The notes under the pieces are model-generated. The model ran no database searches. It saw nothing but the letters and a program-made list of their open reading frames with translations, and was not told the DNA's origin. Source: Acidobacteriota bacterium (GTDB lineage: Bacteria; Acidobacteriota; UBA6911; JACQSX01). From it: DNA of 36,390 nucleotides. The position numbers were made by a program, and so were the translations under genes. Shown here one piece after another: positions 19,345-26,939 of this stretch (position 1 is its first letter; each line of letters starts with the position of its first letter). The DNA lies in NCBI GenBank assembly GCA_036507075.1, contig DASXQR010000110.1:1-36390 (forward strand), in the 5' to 3' direction.

Positions 19345-20283
19345 ATGGCCATGCCGAATTGGAAGTTTCTTGCTGTCTTGTTAACCATCGCCCTGGCCCT
19401 GCTGCTGGCATCGCCTCTGAGGGCCTTCCAGTCCGCCGAGGCACTGCGCGACCAAAACATCATCCGCAGAGAAGTCAATCGGGTGAATGTAGTGGTGACC
19501 GCCGTCGACAAGAAAGGCAAGTTCGTCACAGACCTGACCCAGACTGATTTTAAGGTTTTCGAGGACGGTAAACCGCAGGTCATTACCAATTTCAGCAAGC
19601 AGACGGACCTTCCGCTCAATATTGCGCTGGTAATCGACACCAGCAGTAGCGTTACGGTGAAGCTCCCCTTCGAAAGGGATGCGGCTGTCGATTTTATTCA
19701 CAACGTGATGCGCGAAAACGACAAAGCGCTGCTGGTGGAATTTGATACCGGGGTAACTCTGCTGCAGGACCTGACCTCTAAACCAAACGAAATCTCCAGG
19801 CAGATTGGAAAGTTGCGCGCCGGAGGCGGCACCTCACTTTATGACGCCCTTTGTCTGGTAGCTTCGCAGAAGCTCAAGAATCTGCAGGGCCGCAAGGTAA
19901 TCGTGCTCCTTTCCGACGGCGCCGACATCGATTCGAAGGCTACACTTGAGGAAACTCTGGAAAAGCTGCGCGAGTCGGATGCATCCGTCTACGCCATCAG
20001 CACTTCAGGCTACGGTGTCGGCGGGGAGGTTCAGGGGGACAAGGCGCTGCGAAGGCTGGCCGAGGAAACCGGCGGCCGGATTTACTTTCCCTATTCGGCG
20101 AGCCAGATGACCCAGCATTTTTCCAGCATTAACCAGGAACTCCGAAGCCAGTACAACCTCGCTTATGAATCTCAAAATCCCATGAAGAACGGCGGCTATC
20201 GCAGCATCAGAGTCAAAGTTGACCGCGACAACGTCCAGTTGCGTCACAGAAAGGGCTACGTGGCGCAGATCCCGCGAAGCTGA
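19345..20283 (+). CDS. Secreted VWA-domain protein (VWFA-related, acidobacterial type)
   Basis: Signal peptide; V.DKKG.FV.DL...DF.VFEDG; MIDAS DTSSS, GGTSLYDA and LSDG; ELRSQY.L.Y. Confidence 0.9.
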   Translation: MAMPNWKFLAVLLTIALALLLASPLRAFQSAEALRDQNIIRREVNRVNVVVTAVDKKGKFVTDLTQTDFKVFEDGKPQVITNFSKQTDLPLNIALVIDTSSSVTVKLPFERDAAVDFIHNVMRENDKALLVEFDTGVTLLQDLTSKPNEISRQIGKLRAGGGTSLYDALCLVASQKLKNLQGRKVIVLLSDGADIDSKATLEETLEKLRESDASVYAISTSGYGVGGEVQGDKALRRLAEETGGRIYFPYSASQMTQHFSSINQELRSQYNLAYESQNPMKNGGYRSIRVKVDRDNVQLRHRKGYVAQIPRS

Positions 20284-20299
20284 GGAGCCGTAAAAGAAT

Positions 20300-21217
20300 T
20301 CACTCTTTCAGCGACGGTTGATCAATACTTGCCGGCAATTCGGGCAACGGTTCCCCTCGAGCCGGGTCGTCCGCCAGGGCTTTGCCCCATCGCCGCATTC
20401 GCGCAAGAAAATCCTTCAACTCTTCGGTTTCCGGAACCCGCTGGTTATTCTCATAGCCCTGGATCAAAATTTCTGTTTTGTGAAGAAGCTCGACCAGCAT
20501 CTCCCGCCGCCATTCAGGCCGGAGATCCTGATCGGGCAGGCGCGCGTGCAGCGCTTTGACCCTCCAGCGATCCATTCCCCAGAATTTGCGAGACAGTTGA
20601 TCTGCATGGCCGCCAAACTTCGTGATCAGCCGATCATTTACCAGCGAGACGGGAAACCTTGATGTGACGCGCAGCCAGAATTCGTAATCCTCGCAGACGG
20701 TAAAAGCAGTGTCGAAGACCCCCACTCGCTCCAACACGGACCGATGAACCAGCGATGACGAGGGACTGACAACGCACAGCGGAAGGCACTGGAGAAAGAT
20801 CCAGCCGCCGTGCTTCTGATGTTTCTTCATCGGATTTACCCGGCGCCCCCGCCGGATCCAGATCTCATCGGTATGACAGATTCGATCCCCGGTCGCGCCG
20901 ATCATTTCAAATTGTCTTTCCAGCTTTGCCGGCAGCCAGACGTCATCGGAATCCAGGAATGCAAGCCAGTCAGAGCGGGCCAGTTCTATGCCGCAGTTTC
21001 GGGCTGCCGATACTCCCTGATTCTCAGTCCTGTGATAGCGCACTCGCGGATCGGCGCCGAAGCGATTGCAGACATTTTCCGTGCCGTCCCGGGAGCCATC
21101 GTCCACGATGATCAGTTCCCAGTCAGCAAAAGTCTGCGTCAGAACAGATTCAATTGCGCGGGGAAGCAGCAACGCGCGATTCCATGTAGGAATGATGACG
21201 GAGACTTTGGGGATCAA
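20300..21217 (-). CDS. Glycosyltransferase family 2
   Basis: VSVIIPTWNR, VDDGSRD, GVSAARN, FLDSDD and EDYEFW motifs. Confidence 0.92.
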   Translation of the reverse strand: MIPKVSVIIPTWNRALLLPRAIESVLTQTFADWELIIVDDGSRDGTENVCNRFGADPRVRYHRTENQGVSAARNCGIELARSDWLAFLDSDDVWLPAKLERQFEMIGATGDRICHTDEIWIRRGRRVNPMKKHQKHGGWIFLQCLPLCVVSPSSSLVHRSVLERVGVFDTAFTVCEDYEFWLRVTSRFPVSLVNDRLITKFGGHADQLSRKFWGMDRWRVKALHARLPDQDLRPEWRREMLVELLHKTEILIQGYENNQRVPETEELKDFLARMRRWGKALADDPARGEPLPELPASIDQPSLKE

Positions 21218-21247
21218 TGGCGTATCGCCGCCGGCAGTTAACCAGAT

Positions 21248-21515
21248 GGTTATCGGGTTATCGGGTTATCGGGTTATCGGGTTATCGGGTTGCGGGTTAC
21301 CGGTTTTCGGGTTACGAGTTTTCGAATTACGGTTTTCGAGTTACGGGTTTTTGAAATTGCGCAATTTAGAGTTTTAAGCCTGCAAAGTTCGAAGCCCCAC
21401 GAATTCTCTGAATCTTCGATCCGGAACTCGTAACCTGATGACCGTCCGAAACCCGTAACCCGATAACCCGATAACCCGAAAACCCGTAACCCGATAACCC
21501 GTAACCCGAAAACTT
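21248..21515. repeat. Inverted octamer arrays (gggttatc)n ... (aacccgat/aacccgta)n
   Basis: Degenerating octamer array at 21248-21350 mirrored at ~21425-21515. Confidence 0.85.
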
Positions 21516-21526
21516 ATAGGCTGCAA

Positions 21527-24034
21527 CTAAGCGAGGGGTCGACCTTCGAATGAGATTAATCGCGGCTTTGATTTAAGTTTGCGATCAGTGCGCTGCACTT
21601 TGTTGGAGTACATGTTCTGATCGGCCAGCGCGATCAGCGCCTGCATATCCCTGCCATCTTCGGGAAATGTGGCGCACCCGACGCTGATGCCGATGCGAAT
21701 AACGGCGCCGTCCAGTTGCATTTCGTGCTCGTCAACGCTTCTCTGGATGCGCTGGATATTGTCTTCGGCCTGCGCCCGGTTTGCGCCCGAGAGCATCGCT
21801 ACAAATTCATCGCCGGCATAACGCACGCATGTGTCCGATTTGCGCATCTGATTTCGAAGGATGTGGGACACTTCAACCAGCAGCCTGTCCCCCACCTGGT
21901 GCCCATAGGTATCATTCACATGCTTGAATCTTTCCAGGTCCATCACCAGGATTGAAACCGGATAGCCGAGCCTTTCGGCGCGCCGAAATTCCTGCTCCAG
22001 GAAAATGTAGAGGTATCTGGAGTTGGGAAGTCCTGTCAGCAGGTCGGTATAGGCGTCCTCCTGGGTCTCTTCAAAGATCAGGGCGTTGTTGATGGCCACC
22101 GCGGCCTGTCTTCCAATGGTCTCCAGCAGCCGCTGGTGATCCTGGGAGTAATTTCGCGCGAATTCCGAATAAAGCGTGATGACGGCTACGATATTGCCTT
22201 CACTCGATAACGGCACCGACAAGCAGCTCTGAAACACATTCTGCAATTCACGCGAATCAGGAAAATCCCCGGCAGGTGAGGCATTCAGGATGGATTGATT
22301 GTTGGCCACCACCCAACCCGTGCAGCCTTCGCCACGCGCCGGATGCAGCTTTTCGATCTGCTCGGCATCTTTTCCCTGCGCGTGGAAGCACGACAGGCTG
22401 TCCCCGCCGCTGTCTACCAGGAAAATCCCGCAGGCGCTGTACGAGATGATGTTCTTGATCTTCCCCGCGATAATAGCCAGTGTCTCCGATACGCTTAAGG
22501 ATTTGCCCACGTTCTGAGAAAGCTCGTAAATGGCATGGATCTCTTTGTGCGTGGCCGCGATATCGTGAAAAACCGTGGTTTCAATGCGGTGCTTGCGACT
22601 GGTCACCTCAGCGGCAACAGATTCTTCGATGCTTCGCAGCACCGTCTCGGGCAGATGTGCTTCCTCTTCCCGCGCCCGCTTTTCCAGCGTCTCAATGTTC
22701 TCGGAAAACAGCCGCACCAGTTCCGGATCGTAGGAAATACTCGCCTCTTTCTGAATATAATCCAGCGCGACTTCGCGACTAAGCTCCGCCCGATAGGGGC
22801 GGTCGGAGCGCAGGGCGTCGTAACAGTCGACGATGGACAGAATGCGAGCGCCCAGGGGGATGGCGTCACCCTTCAGTCCATCGGGATAACCGCTTCCGTC
22901 CCACTTTTCATGATGGTGTTTGACCGTAGGCACGACGGGGAATGGAAAGTTCACAGAACTGAGAATGTCCGCACCCACTATGGGGTGGATCTTCATCTTC
23001 TGGAATTCACTTTCCGTAAGCGCGGTCGGCTTGTTGAGGATGTACTCGGGAATGGCCAGCTTTCCGACGTCGTGCAGAAGCGAAGCGGCCCTGAGTCCCT
23101 CTATTTCGCGAGTATCCCCTATACCTGCCAGCTCGGCCAGTCCCAGCGCAAAGCTCTGCACCCGGCGAACGTGGCCGTGCGTGGTTTGATCCTTCGCGTC
23201 AATGGCCATGGCCAGCGAGCTGATGGTTGAGTGGTAAAGCTCGTTCACTTCCGCCACGTGTTTCTGGGCCTGTTCGATCCTGTCCAGGTAAACCTTATAG
23301 GTGAAGTAAAAGACCATCACAATCGGAATGGTCACGGACACCAGATAGATACTTTCTCTGGGGACGTAATGGCGCGGCAGGTATACCACCAGAGTGGCGG
23401 CGGCAGCTCCTGCAAAATGGGTTAAAGAGGTCCAGAGGAAATTGTCCCACCACAGGTCGACAAAGCGAGTCCTGGTCACCAAAGACATGGCCAGGGCGAC
23501 GGAACCGCTGTTGAAGATGAACAAAACAATGGAAGCAATACTCAGCGAGAGCAGGACCTTGATCAGGTCCGGAGGAGAGGCAACGGGAAATTTTCCATTG
23601 CTGTAAAAGTGATAGAAAACCTTGCAAGCAAGAAAAGAGCCGATTGCCACGTTGGAGAAATTAAAAAGGAACCGGTATCCGCCGTCCAACTGCTTGCGCA
23701 TCTGGCTGCGCAGGTTGGATACCAGCGTGTCGACGACGGTAAGAATGACCGTCACATATGGGCCATACCAAAGGATTGCTACGTAAATAAAGACGTCTGA
23801 TAAGGTTACCGTCAGTGAGTGGGCCCGATTGGTCATGGTGGGAATTCGGACCGATAGAAGACCTCCCACGGTGGCAAGCACGGCCAGGAAAACCCATTCG
23901 TCATTCCTGCGGCTCACTACGAAAACCTGGAAAAGCGACCACACAAGGATGGCGCATCCTAAAAGATTAATTGTGTAAATAAAGGCTTTTGCTGGCAGGC
24001 TCAGGGGGGCGGAACTGTCCTCTTTAATGATCAT
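21527..24034 (-). CDS. Membrane-bound c-di-GMP signalling protein: ~7 TM sensor - HD-GYP - GAF - GGDEF
   Basis: Hydrophobic N-terminal ~250 aa; DAKD..T.GH, LLHDVGK and HHEKWDGSGYP; GAF (GCTGWV, CLSVPL); D.LTGLPN, FKHVNDTYGHQVGD and RKSD..RYAGDEF. Confidence 0.93.
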   Translation of the reverse strand: MIIKEDSSAPLSLPAKAFIYTINLLGCAILVWSLFQVFVVSRRNDEWVFLAVLATVGGLLSVRIPTMTNRAHSLTVTLSDVFIYVAILWYGPYVTVILTVVDTLVSNLRSQMRKQLDGGYRFLFNFSNVAIGSFLACKVFYHFYSNGKFPVASPPDLIKVLLSLSIASIVLFIFNSGSVALAMSLVTRTRFVDLWWDNFLWTSLTHFAGAAAATLVVYLPRHYVPRESIYLVSVTIPIVMVFYFTYKVYLDRIEQAQKHVAEVNELYHSTISSLAMAIDAKDQTTHGHVRRVQSFALGLAELAGIGDTREIEGLRAASLLHDVGKLAIPEYILNKPTALTESEFQKMKIHPIVGADILSSVNFPFPVVPTVKHHHEKWDGSGYPDGLKGDAIPLGARILSIVDCYDALRSDRPYRAELSREVALDYIQKEASISYDPELVRLFSENIETLEKRAREEEAHLPETVLRSIEESVAAEVTSRKHRIETTVFHDIAATHKEIHAIYELSQNVGKSLSVSETLAIIAGKIKNIISYSACGIFLVDSGGDSLSCFHAQGKDAEQIEKLHPARGEGCTGWVVANNQSILNASPAGDFPDSRELQNVFQSCLSVPLSSEGNIVAVITLYSEFARNYSQDHQRLLETIGRQAAVAINNALIFEETQEDAYTDLLTGLPNSRYLYIFLEQEFRRAERLGYPVSILVMDLERFKHVNDTYGHQVGDRLLVEVSHILRNQMRKSDTCVRYAGDEFVAMLSGANRAQAEDNIQRIQRSVDEHEMQLDGAVIRIGISVGCATFPEDGRDMQALIALADQNMYSNKVQRTDRKLKSKPRLISFEGRPLA

Positions 24035-24068
24035 TAGGCGTCGTCGTTCCGAGGGCTGGCGTCAACGC

Positions 24069-24104
24069 AAAGAGGGGGGATACACCACATCCCCCCCCTT
24101 TTTT
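24069..24104. terminator. G/C stem-loop, probable (partial) intrinsic terminator
   Basis: aaagaggggggat-acaccac-atccccccccttt; T6 tail on the + strand, short TCTTT tail on the - strand. Confidence 0.6.
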
Positions 24105-24160
24105 ATCTCAATTCCGTTGCAGTTTACAGGAGCGCGAACGCTGCTCCCATGACATCCAGC

Positions 24161-24196
24161 CTACGTAGTCCAGTAGACGATTGATCTGATTATCAT
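24161..24196 (-). CDS. Small peptide MIIRSIVYWTT (11 aa; alternative in-frame ATG at 24235 gives MPKLSSRRKRRSSMIIRSIVYWTT)
   Basis: AAAGGAG 7 nt before ATG; reads ATG ATA ATC AGA TCA ATC GTC TAC TGG ACT ACG TAG; shares IVYWTT with the neighbouring peptide. Confidence 0.7.
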   Translation of the reverse strand: MIIRSIVYWTT

Positions 24197-24266
24197 ACTA
24201 GATCTCCTTTTTCGTCGAGAAGAAAGTTTTGGCATAGCAACCTCAACAGCAACTGGTGCTACCCTT

Positions 24267-24320
24267 TTACGTCGTCCAGTAAACGATCTGATTTGTCCAG
24301 TAAACGATTTGAGTATTCAT
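24267..24320 (-). CDS. Small peptide MNTQIVYWTNQIVYWTT (17 aa)
   Basis: Protease stop TAA is followed directly by AGGAG-5nt-ATG; two QIVYWT units with synonymous differences. Confidence 0.78.
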   Translation of the reverse strand: MNTQIVYWTNQIVYWTT

Positions 24321-24330
24321 GTCTTCTCCT

Positions 24331-26340
24331 TTATGCAAATTCGCCGGTTACAATGCTGTTAGTCCAAGTGATGAAATTGGTCCACGTAATCAGGTCCGAA
24401 TTGGTCCAGGTGATCAGATTGGTCCACGTGATCAGATCAGAGTTTGTCCAGGTGATCAGATCGGAGTTTGTCCAGGTGATCAGATCCGAATTCGTCCAGG
24501 TGATGAGATTGGTCCAGGTAATCAGATTCGTCCAGGTAATAAGGTCCGAATTGGTCCAGGTGATCAGGTCCGAATTGGTCCAGGTGATCAGGTCTGAATT
24601 GGTCCACGTAATCAAATCCGAAGCGGACAAAACTACGGGACTTGACCAGCTCACACTGTCAGTTGAGCCGCTTTTCCCCGTGAAAATCGGGTGATAACGC
24701 TGGATCAGCGGATCGCTCCAGGCCTTGTCGGTAATGGTAATCGCACTAGACCAGACTCTGCCGCTTCCCCAGACAGCGGCAGAATTAGAGCGGATGTAGC
24801 TTCCGTACACCACTCCCCTGCCGAGGATCATGGCCTGTCCCCAGTCAACTTTCTCGCTTCCGATATGCGAAAAGGGAACCGTGGCTCCCGCCTGGATAAT
24901 TCGATCCCCCGGTGTCCTTGACCTGATATCCCGGGTAATTACCGTTGCAAGACGCGCGGCGCCTTCGATGTTCACTTCGCCATTGCCCTGCTCCAGGAAA
25001 TTGGGGCGGGTCATTTTTTCGGCCGTGTACATCATCACAGCACGGGCCAGGTTCGTATTCAGGTCGGGATTGGCCTCCAGAACCAGGGCGAAAGCGCCGG
25101 AGACTACCGCTGCCGACATGGACGTGCCGCTGAGCGTTATCAGCTCATTGTCGGGGGAAAGCTGGCCGGGATAGGTTCCCGCCAGATAGGAACCCTTCGC
25201 GTTGATGGAAGTGATTCGGTGGCCCGGAGCTACGATATCGGGCTTTAAGAGACCATCCGGGAAAGAGGGTCCAATTGCGCTGAATCTGGCAATTTCGTCG
25301 TCGGATCGAGAAACAGTGCCGTTTGATTTTGTGGCGCCCACCGCCACAACCAACGGGTTGTTTGCCGGCGAGTAGATGCCGCCAACCACAGTCCGTCCTT
25401 CGAAGTAACCCGAATTGCCGGCGGAAGCCACAACAATTATTCCAGCTTCAACGGCGCGCTGAGCGGCTCGCGACAAGGGGTCTGTGGCATAGCCTTCCTT
25501 AGGTCCGTGACCGGCCGAAAGGTTGATTATGTTGATCCCATACTGACGCTTGTTTCTTACACACCAATCCAGCGCGCTTATAACGTCACTGGTGCGACCC
25601 GAACCATCATCCCCAAGTGCCCTCAGGGAAATCAGGTTTACGTCAGGGGCCATTCCTCGGAACGAGCTGCCGGCACTCTCAAGTCTCCCGCCAATGAGTC
25701 CGGCAACATGAGTTCCATGGCCGTAACCATCCCGGCTCTGGAAGTCGTTGCCGTCCTCTGCGGCAGAGTTGGTGAAATCTCGTGAGGCAATTACCCTCAG
25801 ACCAACACGTCGATCGATACCGCTGTCGATCACCGCCACCGTGACGCCCTTACCGGTCAAACCGAGTGCCGCCCCTGCCTGCTGAGCCCCCGTTGTCTCG
25901 GACGTCAAGCTTGCGTCAGGTTCATAGCCGCTCGCTTGAACCGGGTCGTCGGCCGAGACGCGAACCACATCCTCGCCGAGCGCAAGATCGACCAGTCTTT
26001 CCATGGGAAGCTCGAGTGCCTGCGCCTGAATCAGGGAAAGCTGTTTCAGCACGCGCCCTCCCAGAGCTTGAACCCAGGCTTCATTCAGCCGGCCTCGATC
26101 GACAGCTTCAGACTTTTGAGCGCGGTTTTGAAACTGGACAATCACTCGGACTAGGCGTGACGTCTGCCTGGATCGATAAGCTTGGGCAAGTTCACTCAGA
26201 ACATCCGGTGACAGGCGCTTTTCGAGCCGGTTGTAAAGGCTCTCGTAGGGTTTGGAAGTGGCAGCGATCGCGGGAGTCGTCAGGACAATGAGAATAGCGA
26301 GCGCGAACAGCCACTTCCGCTTGACGATGGTGTGGGCCAT
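24331..26340 (-). CDS. Secreted S8 (subtilisin-like) serine protease with C-terminal Trp-repeat tail
   Basis: AAGGAGG RBS; signal peptide; prodomain; triad VAVIDSG / HGTHVAG / SGTSMS and oxyanion SAGN; 12 (SD)LITWTN repeats. Confidence 0.95.
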   Translation of the reverse strand: MAHTIVKRKWLFALAILIVLTTPAIAATSKPYESLYNRLEKRLSPDVLSELAQAYRSRQTSRLVRVIVQFQNRAQKSEAVDRGRLNEAWVQALGGRVLKQLSLIQAQALELPMERLVDLALGEDVVRVSADDPVQASGYEPDASLTSETTGAQQAGAALGLTGKGVTVAVIDSGIDRRVGLRVIASRDFTNSAAEDGNDFQSRDGYGHGTHVAGLIGGRLESAGSSFRGMAPDVNLISLRALGDDGSGRTSDVISALDWCVRNKRQYGINIINLSAGHGPKEGYATDPLSRAAQRAVEAGIIVVASAGNSGYFEGRTVVGGIYSPANNPLVVAVGATKSNGTVSRSDDEIARFSAIGPSFPDGLLKPDIVAPGHRITSINAKGSYLAGTYPGQLSPDNELITLSGTSMSAAVVSGAFALVLEANPDLNTNLARAVMMYTAEKMTRPNFLEQGNGEVNIEGAARLATVITRDIRSRTPGDRIIQAGATVPFSHIGSEKVDWGQAMILGRGVVYGSYIRSNSAAVWGSGRVWSSAITITDKAWSDPLIQRYHPIFTGKSGSTDSVSWSSPVVLSASDLITWTNSDLITWTNSDLITWTNSDLITWTNLITWTNLITWTNSDLITWTNSDLITWTNSDLITWTNLITWTNSDLITWTNFITWTNSIVTGEFA
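24358..24621 (-). repeat. Coding tandem repeat: 8x SDLITWTN + 3x LITWTN + 1x FITWTN
   Basis: 24- and 18-nt units counted in both DNA and translation. Confidence 0.95.
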
Positions 26341-26419
26341 CCAGTCCTCCTTAACGCAGTGGAATCATCCAGAGCTCCCTTGTCGGAGCCTGGAGCACCC
26401 AAACAATGAGCGAGTTCCA

Positions 26420-26552
26420 CTTCGGCGACCGGTCGACCTGCCCTCAACCGTTCAAGGCTGCTTGCGCCTGTCCAATGACACACAGCCCGTTCGGCCTCGG
26501 ATTTAGGTCCGCGGCTTTGCGCCCTGATCTTTCAACCAGGTTGCCCTTTCGG
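26420..26552 (-). ncRNA. c-di-GMP-I (GEMM) riboswitch aptamer, proximal copy with long P3 insertion
   Basis: Minus strand CCGAAAGGGCAACCTGGTT-GAAA-GATCAGGGCGCAAAGCCGCGGACCTAAA...GGTCGACCGGTCGCCGAAG matches the GEMM pattern GGCAA-stem-GAAA-stem-GCAAAGCC..G.CTAA...GCC. Confidence 0.78.
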
Positions 26553-26567
26553 TGGTGGTGCCCCCCT

Positions 26568-26655
26568 CGTACGGCAGCCGTCGAAACCTTATCGTCCAGA
26601 CTTAGGTCCGCGGCTTTGCTTAGCCATCTTTCGACTGGCTTCGCCTTTTCGTCGT
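26568..26655 (-). ncRNA. c-di-GMP-I (GEMM) riboswitch aptamer, distal copy
   Basis: Minus strand GAAAAGGCGAAGCCAGTC-GAAA-GATGGCTAAGCAAAGCCGCGGACCTAAG...GGTTTCGACGGCTGCCG; shares the 18-nt core GCAAAGCCGCGGACCTAA with the proximal copy. Confidence 0.75.
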
Positions 26656-26714
26656 TAGCCTTTACCGCTACGTAAAGGTGCTACAGTTGGGTGTGGGTCG
26701 TACAGATGGGCGAA

Positions 26715-26743
26715 AGTATCGTCGGTAAGCAGGCCACTGTCAA
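26715..26743 (-). promoter_or_regulatory. sigma70-type promoter for the riboswitch-protease operon
   Basis: TTGACA-17 nt-GATACT on the minus strand, ~60 nt upstream of the distal aptamer. Confidence 0.65.
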
Positions 26744-26939
26744 GGAAAAAGTGTCAAAAAGTTGACGAATACGTCATTTTTTTGGTGTGTCCGTCATGAA
26801 TGTGACACTATCCCAATTGGTTGTTAGCAAGCTTAAGTGCACTGATTTGATCAAAATGGATGGGAATCGTTCTTAATCGCATCGGCACACATGCCTTCGA
26901 CATGTTTTTGCAGCCTTGATGATCTGCCGGGCAGTGCTG

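Noticed and set aside
19041..19547. 168-aa plus-strand ORF between rluD and the VWA gene
   Set aside because: Made of REP-like repeat DNA and an out-of-frame overlap with the VWA gene
24124..24150. Third micro-ORF MGAAFALL on the minus strand
   Set aside because: No WT motif, no clear RBS, and it coincides with a hairpin
24358..24621. Possible CRISPR array
   Set aside because: Units are contiguous 18/24-nt in-frame coding repeats with no unique spacers, and no cas genes are present
24293..24694. Plus-strand ORFs with VQVIRSE / GPGDQIR repeats
   Set aside because: Antisense shadows of the protease tail; the synonymous variation fits the minus-strand frame
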